From Gemmatales bacterium (lineage in GTDB: Bacteria; Planctomycetota; Planctomycetia; Gemmatales; Gemmataceae): a stretch of DNA of 32,000 nucleotides. The notes below the pieces were generated by a model that did not search any database, was not told where the DNA came from, and saw only the letters and a program-made list of their open reading frames with translations. This document shows positions 9,134 through 20,843 of the stretch, piece by piece. Numbering within the stretch: the first letter of the stretch is position 1; the number at the start of each line of letters is the position of its first letter. Where the stretch lies: assembly GCA_038227745.1 (NCBI GenBank), contig JBBRPS010000015.1, forward strand, positions 501 to 32,500, in the 5' to 3' direction. Both the position numbers and the translations under genes were made by a program.

Positions 9134-9646
9134 CTAGACCTCCTCCGTCACGATCAGGGGTTGGTTGAAAGTGCCTTCGGAGATGAACATCGGCTCGTTG
9201 AAGCGGAAGCGCACGGGGTTCCGGCAGTCCGGGCAGCGGAACAGATCCCCCCGGACCGGGGTGTAATGTTCGCGCGGGACCTCGTGATGACAGACCGGGC
9301 AGGGCGAGATGTCCCGGAACCCGCAGTTCGGGCAGAGCGGCGGTAAATTAGGTCCGGTGACATTGCCGCAGTTCTGGCAAGCCGGCCCTGGGGGCGCCGG
9401 GTTTTCCTTCACCTCGACGCGGCCGGCGTAGCCGTACTTGTCCAGCACTCCGACGACATCCTCCGTAGACGGCGTCACGAATTCAACGTACGCCCTCCCC
9501 GTCTCGTCGCGGTGCGTGCCGTGCAAAGGGTGTTCCCGGTCGGTCTCGATGGGGGCATGCTCCCAGAGGACGCGCCGAAGGTCGGCCGCGACCACCAGGT
9601 CTTCCCTCCGGCCCCCTGTAGGCTTCACGGTGATCCTGATCCTCAT
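9134..9646 (-). CDS. Double zinc-ribbon protein with a novel N-terminal ~80-aa domain
   Basis: Start placed at ATG 9646 (MRIRITVKPTGG) behind GGTAGGAGA. Four CxxC pairs: CQNC, CPNC, CPVC and CPDC. Several rare codons for this window (AGG x4, TTA, AAT, CAT, TGT). Confidence 0.7.
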   Translation of the reverse strand: MRIRITVKPTGGRREDLVVAADLRRVLWEHAPIETDREHPLHGTHRDETGRAYVEFVTPSTEDVVGVLDKYGYAGRVEVKENPAPPGPACQNCGNVTGPNLPPLCPNCGFRDISPCPVCHHEVPREHYTPVRGDLFRCPDCRNPVRFRFNEPMFISEGTFNQPLIVTEEV

Positions 9647-9692
9647 GGCATCTCCTACCCTGCTTGTTGGCTCTCTCGTGTACTCTGTGGAC

Positions 9693-9721
9693 ATTGTACC
9701 CGCCTCTCGGGGGCTGCTCAA
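9693..9721 (-). promoter_or_regulatory. Candidate sigma-70-type promoter for the zinc-ribbon / NTase-like operon
   Basis: Minus strand reads TTGAGC (9721-9716), 17 nt, TACAAT (9698-9693). It lies about 45 nt upstream of the 9646 start. Confidence 0.45.
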
Positions 9722-9810
9722 CGACAGCGAGCCGGGCGTGGGCAAACCCCGCGCCGGTCGCTATACCCTCGTTGGACGGCACGCATCGAGCTGACACCGA
9801 AGGCACAGCG

Positions 9811-10080
9811 ATGTACGGACAGAGTGGCACGGCGCGCGGCGGCGCGCTCCTCACCTTTCTGGCACTCCTCCTGACCTCCTCTCCAGCCGCCGCGGCGGAC
9901 CTGGGCGAGGGCACCGACCTGGAGATTGGCGGCCCGGAAGAATTGACGCCTTCCTCGAACGCTCGCCTTTTGACCCCTTTCCGCAGGAGGTATGTCCGAT
10001 GGTACGTCTGCGCTGCGCCCTCTGTTCAGGCCTCGGCCGTCGCCGGGGCGCTCCTCGTCCAGGCCGGCGGCCGCTTGTAG
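9811..10080 (+). CDS. Possible small secreted protein (89 aa)
   Basis: Internal ATG of ORF 9664..10080. MYGQSGTARGGALLTFLALLLTSSPAAAADL looks like a signal peptide. Codon bias is good only in the first half and the RBS is weak. Confidence 0.25.
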   Translation: MYGQSGTARGGALLTFLALLLTSSPAAAADLGEGTDLEIGGPEELTPSSNARLLTPFRRRYVRWYVCAAPSVQASAVAGALLVQAGGRL

Positions 10081-10107
10081 AATGGGAGAAAGGAAAGGAG
10101 TGTCGTC

Positions 10108-10422
10108 ATGTCCGCCGTCCCCATCACCGAGCAGACGATCACGGCAGCGCTGCGCCGCTTGCCGCCCGAGAGCTGGCCCCAGGTGCTGGCGTTCATCGAG
10201 TCCCTGTCGCCAACGGCGGCCGCACCCAGTCCGGGCGCCCCGGCCAGGCGCTGGACGGCGGCGGAGTTGCGTAAACTGGCTCCCGCCGAGCGCGATGCGA
10301 TCCTCGCGGAGCAGGCGGCGGCCCTCGCGGACGAGTACCGCAACGACCGCGAACTGACCGCCTTCGAGGCTTTCGGCGACGAGGACCTGTATGTCGATAG
10401 CTCCGACTCCGAAACGCGGTGA
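10108..10422 (+). CDS. Putative antitoxin of the adjacent MazF/PemK-type toxin
   Basis: 104-aa ORF behind AAGGAG (8-nt spacing). Acidic C-terminus (FGDEDLYVDSSDSE). It overlaps the toxin start by 32 nt, a typical type II TA layout. It is not an AbrB-type MazE by eye. Confidence 0.65.
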   Translation: MSAVPITEQTITAALRRLPPESWPQVLAFIESLSPTAAAPSPGAPARRWTAAELRKLAPAERDAILAEQAAALADEYRNDRELTAFEAFGDEDLYVDSSDSETR

Positions 10423-10749
10423 CGTCTGGCTGGTCAACTTCAACCCCACCGTCGGGGCCGAGATCCGTAAGGTCCGCCCCGCCGTCGTGGTCACGGTCGC
10501 GGGCATCGGCCGGCTGCCTCTCCAGATCGTCGTTCCCCTGACCGACTGGAAACCACACTACGCCAACGCCTCCTGGCTCGTCCCTGTCCCCGCCTCCGCG
10601 ACGAACGGACTGAGAAGGATTCGGGGGCCGACGCCTTTCAGGTGAAATCGGTGTCCGAGAACCGTTTCGTGAAGCGCCTGGGTGAGGTGACGAGTCAGCA
10701 ACTCGATGACATCGCCGCCGCCATTGCCCTCTGCGTGGGTGCGCCCTGA
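10391..10749 (+). pseudogene. mazF: MazF/PemK-family endoribonuclease toxin interrupted by a 1-nt deletion
   Basis: Frame 1 gives MSIAPTPKRGDVWLVNFNPTVGAEIRKVRPAVVVT...PASATNGL, then nonsense and a stop at 10645. From about 10612 the -1 frame reads EKDSGADAFQVKSVSENRFVKRLGEVTSQQLDDIAAAIALCVGAP*, the expected MazF C-terminus. Total length is 359 nt, i.e. 360 minus 1. Confidence 0.8.
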
Positions 10750-10821
10750 TTCCTCGACCTCACCCGCGCTTCTTCGTGGTGGAGGAGCGGCGGAGCGAGT
10801 TGACCACGATCCCAGCCGTGC

Positions 10822-11721
10822 TCAGCGCACCTTCTGTGCCTTCGCGACGGCCGGCACCGGCGACAGGGTGCCGTTCTTCTCGGCCTCGCCGTTGACGGCC
10901 TCGGGCCGGACGCGCACCTCCGGACTGCCGAGCCAATACATGCCACCCACGAAGAAGGCGCCGCCGACGATGTTCCCCAGCGTCGTCACGCCCAGGTTGT
11001 ACCAATACAGGTTGAGGGTCACGTCGGGGCCGTGGTTCGGCGCCAGCAGGCCCAGCATCAGGCCGCACATGTTCGCGATGCTGTGCTCGTAGCCGCTGGT
11101 GATGAACGTGAACATGCACCAGAAGATCAGCAGGATGCGCGCCGACTCGCTCTTGACGCGCGCCGCCATCCACACGCCCAGGCACACGATCCAGTTCGCC
11201 AGCACCGCCCGCCAGAACAACTCCTCCACCCCCGGCGTCGTCTTGGCCTTGAAGACGGCGACGACGAACGAGTTGATCGACGCGAACGCCCTGTCGTCCA
11301 GCAGGCCGGCGCGAAACACGATGAACGCGAGCAGCACGCTCCCCGCCAGGTTGCCGAGCCACGTCCACACCCAGTTGCTCGCCAGGTCCTTGACGGTCGC
11401 CTTGCGCTGCAAGACGCCGACCGTCAGCACCAGGTTGCTGCCGGTGAACAGTTCCGAGCCGGCGAAGATCACGAGCGTCAGCGCGCCGCCGAAGCACACG
11501 CCCATAAGCAGGCGGCGGAACTGCACCGACTCGCCGGCCAGCGAGCCGCCGATGGTGAAGATCAGCACGATGGAGGCGCCGACGTACATGCCGGCCAGCA
11601 TCGAGCGAACGAAGTGGCCCAGCAACGAGCGCCGCTGCGCCTCCAGCTTGGCGGCGGCCTGGTCGCCCAGGGCTACGAGGGTCTCGGCGTACATGAAAGG
11701 ATTCTCCGATCTGTGGCTCAC
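10822..11721 (-). CDS. nirC: Formate/nitrite transporter family channel, probably a nitrite channel
   Basis: Six hydrophobic segments. FNT signatures FAGSELFTGSN and SGYEHSIANM. Lies 42 nt downstream of the nitrite reductase gene. Confidence 0.88.
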   Translation of the reverse strand: MSHRSENPFMYAETLVALGDQAAAKLEAQRRSLLGHFVRSMLAGMYVGASIVLIFTIGGSLAGESVQFRRLLMGVCFGGALTLVIFAGSELFTGSNLVLTVGVLQRKATVKDLASNWVWTWLGNLAGSVLLAFIVFRAGLLDDRAFASINSFVVAVFKAKTTPGVEELFWRAVLANWIVCLGVWMAARVKSESARILLIFWCMFTFITSGYEHSIANMCGLMLGLLAPNHGPDVTLNLYWYNLGVTTLGNIVGGAFFVGGMYWLGSPEVRVRPEAVNGEAEKNGTLSPVPAVAKAQKVR

Positions 11722-11763
11722 GCAAGCCTACCCGGTACACGGGTGGGCTTTGGAGTGGGGGGT

Positions 11764-14763
11764 TCAACCGCGGGGCAGGTAATTGATCAGCGGCTCCAGC
11801 GCGTCAGCGAGCTTGTCGCACGGCACGTCGTACATCAGGTCCGTCGCGACGACCGGGTTCGGCCCCGTCTGGCCCTTCACACAAACGTGGGCCGCGTCCA
11901 CGACCTCGCCGTTGACGCGCGAGCGACAGCCTTGCAGGCCGATCGTCGAGACCTGGTGCATGCCACAGCCCGCCGCACAGCCCGACCAGTGAATCGTCAG
12001 CGGCAGCAGCTTCCGCCCCGCGGTCCGCCGCTCCAGCTCGCGCGCCACCTGCAGCGCGTAGCCCTTCGTTTCGATCAGCGCCAGGCCGCAGTAATCGCTG
12101 CCCGTGCAGGACACCAGGCCGCGCAGGATCGGCGACGGGTCGTACGGCAGCTCCTGCAGCAGCGGCTCCTCCGTCAGCGCACCGAGGCGGTGCTCCGGTA
12201 CGTTGCACAGCACGACGTTCTGCCCGACCGTCACGCGCACGTCGCCGTTGCCGTAGCGCTCGGCGAGGTCCGCCACGCCGCGCAGCTGCGCCGTCGTGAT
12301 CCGCCCGACCGGCACCAGCAGGCCGACGTGGTACAGTGCCGGCCCCTCGTCGCTCGCCCCCTGCCGCTTCTGCGGGTGGATGCCGAGGTGATCGACGTGG
12401 TGCTTCTTGCGCATGTCCGTGCCGGCGTTCAGCAACGGCCGGCCCCAGCGCCGCTGCAGCTCCGAGCGGAACCACGCCACGCCCCGGTCCTCGATCACGA
12501 ACGCCAGCCGGGCGCGGACGCGCGTCGTCCGGGAGCCGGTCTCGTTGAAGATGCGCGTGATCTCCGCACACAGCTTCGCCGCGTCCTCGGGCCGGACGAA
12601 CACGTCGAGCGGCGCCGCCGGCCGGTAGCCGCCCGAGCCCTGCTTACCGCCGACCAGCACGTTGAAGCCGTTCACCTGCGCCCCGTCCAGCTCGCGGTAC
12701 GCCGGCACCAGGCCGATGTCCTGCGTCTCGGGGTGGCAGCAGTTCTCCAGGCAGCCGGTGATCGTGACGTTGAACTTCCGCGGCAGGTTCGTGAACTCCT
12801 TGTTGCCGAGGATGATCTCGTTGAACTCGCGGATCACCGGCGCGGCGTCGAGCAGCTCGTGCGGGCTGAGGCCGGACACCGGGCAGCCGCACACGCCACG
12901 GATGTTGTCCATGCCGGTCTGCTTGCTGTGCAGCCCGACCTCCTCCAAACGCCGCCAGATGTCCGGCACGTCGCCCAGCGTGAACCAGCGCATCTGGAGC
13001 TGCTGCCGTGTCGTCAGGTCGCAGAAGCCCTTGCCGTACTCGTCGGACAGGTCGGCGATCACCCGGAGCTGGCGGGCGTTCGTCCTGCCGCCTTCCAGGC
13101 GCAGCCGCAGCATGAAGTTGCCGGGCGTCGGCTTGCGGAAGAACAGGCCGTACCACTTGGCCCGGTTCTTGTCGTCCTCGCTCATCTCCGCCCAGTTGTT
13201 CGTCGCGGCCAGGCGCACGATGTCCGGCATGCAGTCGAGGCCGTCCTTCGCCTTCTTCATCTGCTCGACCTTGGTCAGCTCCTGCTTCTTCGCCGAGGCC
13301 GGCGCGTAGGCGTCGAGGAGCCGGCCCAGCAGCGGCTGGCAGGTGCCGCAGCCCGTCCCCGCCCGCGTGCAATCGCCGAGCTTGCCGACCGAGCAGTTGC
13401 CCGCCGCGATGGCGGCGACGATGCGCCCCTTGGAGACCGTGTTGCAGTTGCAGATCTGCGTGTCGTCGGGCAACGCCGTCAGCCCGGCGTCGTCGCCCTG
13501 CGACAGCAGCGCGTCGCGGGCGTTGTCGCCGGCGAGCAGGTCGGTGGCGGGGTCGGACAGCGGCTGCCCGTCCTTGAAGAGGCGCGTGAGCTTGCCCGTC
13601 GGGTCCGCCGCGCCGAGCAGGATGGCGCCGACCAGCCGGCCGTCGCGCAGCACGAGCTTCTTGTAGACGCCCGCGGCGGGGTCGGTGTGGGAAAGCACCT
13701 CGCAGTCGGGACCGGGGGCCGTCACCTCGCCCATTGAGATCAGGTCCACGCCCATGACCTTGAGCGTCGTGGCGAGGCGCGAGCCGGCGTAGGAGGCGTT
13801 GGCGTTGGCCTCGGTGAGCACGTCGGCCAGGACGCGGGCCTGCTCGTAGATCGGATCGACCAGGCCGTACAGCTTGCCGCGGTGCTGGGCGCACTCGCCG
13901 ACCGCGAAGACGCTGGGGTCGGTGGTGCGGAGCTGGTCGTCCACGACGATGGCGCGCTCGACGGCGAGGCCCGCCGCCTGGGCGACCTCGACGTTCGGGC
14001 GGATGCCGCAGCTGATGACGACCATGTCCGTGTCGAGCGTGCTGCCGTCCTTGAAGCGCAGGCCCGTGACCGTGCCGTCGCCGCCGAGCAACTCCGTGGT
14101 TTGCGTGTTCAGCAGGACGCGGACGCCCATGTCTTCCAGCTTGGTCCGGAGCAGGGCGGCGCCGGCGGGGTCGAGTTGCTGCACCATCAGGTGCGGCGCG
14201 ACCTCGACGACGGTCACCTCCAGGCCGTGGCTGAGCAGGCCGCGCGCCGCCTCCAGGCCGAGCAGACCGCCGCCGAGCACGACGACCCGGTCGCACTCCT
14301 GGGCGTAGGCGCCGATGGCGGCGCAGTCCTCGAGGGTGCGGAAGACGAAGACGCCACGCTGGCGCGTCCCCTCCATCGGCGGGACGAACGGCCGCGAGCC
14401 GGTCGCCAGGACGAGGTAGTCGTACGGCTCCTCGACCTTGCCGCCGGCGCCGACGACGACGCGGCGCTCGCGGTCGAGGGTGTCGGCCTTGACGCCGTTG
14501 TGTACGAAGACGCTGCGCTGCTCGTACCACTCCAGAGGGTTGAGCCAGAGTTGCTGTGGGTCCTGGAAACCGCCGAGGACGCTCGACAGGAGGATGCGGT
14601 TGTAGGTGCCGTGCGGCTCGGCGCCGAACATGCGGATGTGGAAGCGCTCGGGCTGGCGGGCGAGGACTTCCTCGACGACCTTGGCGCCGACCATGCCGGT
14701 GCCGACGACGACGAGCGTCGGCCGGTGTACAGCTCGAATCATGGGGAGAGGCTCCGAAGGCAC
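11764..14763 (-). CDS. nirB: NAD(P)H-dependent assimilatory nitrite reductase, NirB-type flavoprotein fused to a two-half NirA-type siroheme/4Fe-4S core
   Basis: VVVGTGMVGAKV and VVVLGGGLLGLEAA Rossmann motifs. BFD-like 2Fe-2S (CNCNTVSKG...CTRAGTGCGTC). Two nitrite/sulfite-reductase halves with SCTGSDYCGLA and WSGCAAGCG cysteines. An alternative start at ATG 14742 (MIRAVHRPTLVVV) has a GGAG 9 nt upstream. Confidence 0.92.
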   Translation of the reverse strand: MPSEPLPMIRAVHRPTLVVVGTGMVGAKVVEEVLARQPERFHIRMFGAEPHGTYNRILLSSVLGGFQDPQQLWLNPLEWYEQRSVFVHNGVKADTLDRERRVVVGAGGKVEEPYDYLVLATGSRPFVPPMEGTRQRGVFVFRTLEDCAAIGAYAQECDRVVVLGGGLLGLEAARGLLSHGLEVTVVEVAPHLMVQQLDPAGAALLRTKLEDMGVRVLLNTQTTELLGGDGTVTGLRFKDGSTLDTDMVVISCGIRPNVEVAQAAGLAVERAIVVDDQLRTTDPSVFAVGECAQHRGKLYGLVDPIYEQARVLADVLTEANANASYAGSRLATTLKVMGVDLISMGEVTAPGPDCEVLSHTDPAAGVYKKLVLRDGRLVGAILLGAADPTGKLTRLFKDGQPLSDPATDLLAGDNARDALLSQGDDAGLTALPDDTQICNCNTVSKGRIVAAIAAGNCSVGKLGDCTRAGTGCGTCQPLLGRLLDAYAPASAKKQELTKVEQMKKAKDGLDCMPDIVRLAATNNWAEMSEDDKNRAKWYGLFFRKPTPGNFMLRLRLEGGRTNARQLRVIADLSDEYGKGFCDLTTRQQLQMRWFTLGDVPDIWRRLEEVGLHSKQTGMDNIRGVCGCPVSGLSPHELLDAAPVIREFNEIILGNKEFTNLPRKFNVTITGCLENCCHPETQDIGLVPAYRELDGAQVNGFNVLVGGKQGSGGYRPAAPLDVFVRPEDAAKLCAEITRIFNETGSRTTRVRARLAFVIEDRGVAWFRSELQRRWGRPLLNAGTDMRKKHHVDHLGIHPQKRQGASDEGPALYHVGLLVPVGRITTAQLRGVADLAERYGNGDVRVTVGQNVVLCNVPEHRLGALTEEPLLQELPYDPSPILRGLVSCTGSDYCGLALIETKGYALQVARELERRTAGRKLLPLTIHWSGCAAGCGMHQVSTIGLQGCRSRVNGEVVDAAHVCVKGQTGPNPVVATDLMYDVPCDKLADALEPLINYLPRG

Positions 14764-15620
14764 AGGACTCAGTTCCGGTGGACGGCCGGCCGATAGCGCG
14801 CAGAGCGAACGGCGTCACCGGCTGTCGCTGGCCGGAGAACGAGTGCGCGATCGGGATGGAATTCGGTCAAGGTCCCGCCCAGCCCGAGGAGAGGAGGAAC
14901 AGGCTGGAGAACACAAGGGGCGGGATTGGGAGAGGTCCGCCTTACGATACCATGTCAGGCCCTCATCGAGGAACGCACAACGCCGGTCGCCCCCTTTGAT
15001 GCAATCGCGGTGCCAAGGCGCTGACCGCGGCTGCGCGGAGTCCGGGCCATCGCTGCAACTTCCTTGGTTGCCACGGGGTTCCAGCGAGGGGGGTGGTGCG
15101 CGATACGCGGCGCGGGGCTGGGGGGCATGCACAAAGTCCAGGCAAAGACTGCGTGCGGAATGAACGTCACTCTCGGGCCGGAGCAGGTCGGAACGCTCCT
15201 GCAGCCAGCCGTTCCGGAATAACCGGCAGCGACGGAGCTTCTTACAATCCCGCGGTGCTTTCTACAACGGTGGACAGGAAGACGCCACGGGGGTCAGGAA
15301 ATGCGGTCGAGGCGTAAGCGTTGTATGAGTCATGGCTTGAGCGAATCTTGTCGGTCGCGTCGCGCCTCCGGCACGCTCCTTGCGTTAGTAAGCCATCGAC
15401 TCCGATCAACACCCGGGAAGAGGACACCAGAGGTCTTCCACACGCGGCCGTTCCCCCCACGGCCGTCCGCGGTTTCCCCCGACCGCGGAACGAGCCGGGC
15501 CGTCGCCGGAGGTTCCCCGACCTCCCGACCCTCGACGGTCCGGCGCCTGGCGTGTGCGCGACCCGGTATCCCTTCCTCCCATCTATCTCCCGCCGCAGAC
15601 CCTACCCCCGATCCCCCTTT

Positions 15621-15656
15621 GGCCACCCGCTCCCCCCAGCGGGTGGCCCTCTTTTT
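15621..15656 (+). terminator. Orphan intrinsic terminator in a 1.1-kb gene-free interval
   Basis: GGCCACCCGCT (15621-15631), loop CCCCCC, AGCGGGTGGCC (15638-15648): a perfect 11-bp stem followed by CTCTTTTTG. No stop codon occurs in any plus frame for more than 70 nt before it. Confidence 0.55.
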
Positions 15657-15886
15657 GCGCCGCGCCGCCGACGCCTCGCCAGAGGGCCGCGAAGGGAAAA
15701 CGAGGGAGAGCGATCCAGTATGCGCTGGACGCCGCCTTGCGCGGGGCGGTATGATCGGCAGGACGGCCGGTCGCGGTCGGCGGGGGCCGTGGCGGCCCTC
15801 GACCGCCTTGCGACCGAGCCCGCCCGCACCCGGCCTCACCGCGGAACCCAGTCGTTCCCTCGCAGCCCCACCCGGCGAAAGGTCTG

Positions 15887-16131
15887 ATGAGCAACTTGCC
15901 CAGCCCCCCCGACCGCACCAAGGCCGACTCGCCTTCGCCCCCCGACCCGGCCACCCGGCTGCTGCGCCTGTGGGAGGAGGGCGCGAGCCCCGACGTCCGC
16001 GAGGTGGTCGCCCAGTCCGGCCCCCTCGGGCCGGGGCAACTCCTCGCGGTCGTCCGCACCGACCAGCGCCAGCGCTGGCGGCGCCGCGAACCCGTCCTGG
16101 CCGAGACGTACCTGCAATGGTATCCCCCCCC
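15887..16131 (+). pseudogene. Detached N-terminal segment of the Ser/Thr kinase gene, out of frame because of an extra C
   Basis: MSNLPSPPDRTKADSPSPPDPATRLLRLWEEGASPDVREVVAQSGPLGPGQLLAVVRTDQRQRWRRREPVLAETYLQWYPP continues sensibly as LLDDPEQAVEVIQQEFLARQEL... only if the C8 run (16124-16131) is read as C7. 15887..20579 is 4693 nt, i.e. 3n+1. Confidence 0.65.
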
Positions 16132-16160
16132 TCCTGGACGACCCCGAGCAGGCGGTCGAG

Positions 16161-20579
<4,419 letters not shown>

Positions 20580-20648
20580 GGCTGTCCGCAGCCCCGCGCC
20601 CTCGGCCGTTCGCCATGAAGGCGCTGCACTACTGAGGGCAGCACGGTC

Positions 20649-20744
20649 AAAGCGCGCTCGTTTAGCCGCGAGCGGTGAGCCAGATCCCGCTACGCGGGGG
20701 CGAGCGCGCGGTCGCCACCACGCGCGGCTAAACGAGCGCGCTTT
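20649..20744. repeat. Perfect 22-bp inverted repeat with a 52-nt structured spacer
   Basis: AAAGCGCGCTCGTTTAGCCGCG (20649-20670) and CGCGGCTAAACGAGCGCGCTTT (20723-20744). The spacer contains AGCGG/CCGCT and GGCGA/TCGCC mini-stems. It lies between the kinase stop and the next gene. Confidence 0.8.
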
Positions 20745-20843
20745 AGGATAAACGAGACCATGCGGCCACCCGCTGAAGGAACGCTTTTCCCCTTCGCCGC
20801 GTCCAAGAAGAAGTCATTGGTCGCACACGAGAGAGGGCCTGCC

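Noticed and set aside
9134-9646. An R-x4-H string (RVLWEH) in the zinc-ribbon protein could hint at a HEPN partner for the adjacent NTase-like protein, i.e. an MNT-HEPN toxin-antitoxin.
   Set aside because: The motif sits at residues ~25-31 of a short N-terminal domain of about 80 aa. It is not near the end of a ~120-aa four-helix HEPN fold. A six-residue pattern like this is expected by chance.
10040-10107. TAGAAT -10-like hexamer (CTTGTAGAATGGG) upstream of the antitoxin gene, as the TA promoter.
   Set aside because: No acceptable -35 hexamer lies at 16-18 nt, and the TG is not correctly spaced for an extended -10. It is plausible but too weak to list as a feature.
9992-10357. ORF 9992..10357 starting right after an AGGAGGT string and overlapping the antitoxin gene.
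   Set aside because: The translation is S/P/R low-complexity and out of frame with the well-supported antitoxin ORF, which has its own strong AAGGAG RBS.
14764-15886. Looked for tRNA, tmRNA, RNase P RNA, SRP RNA and a c-di-GMP-type riboswitch in the large intergenic region. Examples checked: GGAGTCCGGGCC and ACAAAGTCCAGGCAAAG versus the RNase P GGAAAGUCCGGGC block, CCGGAATAACCGGCAGC versus the SRP GGAAGCAGC, and GGCAAAG...CGGGCC versus GEMM.
   Set aside because: Only short partial resemblances were found. The companion conserved blocks of each family (T-loop GGTTCGA, tmRNA tag and CCA end, RNase P P4 3-prime strand, SRP GGAA tetraloop helix, ACGCAAAGC) are absent. A covariance-model scan is needed before naming anything.
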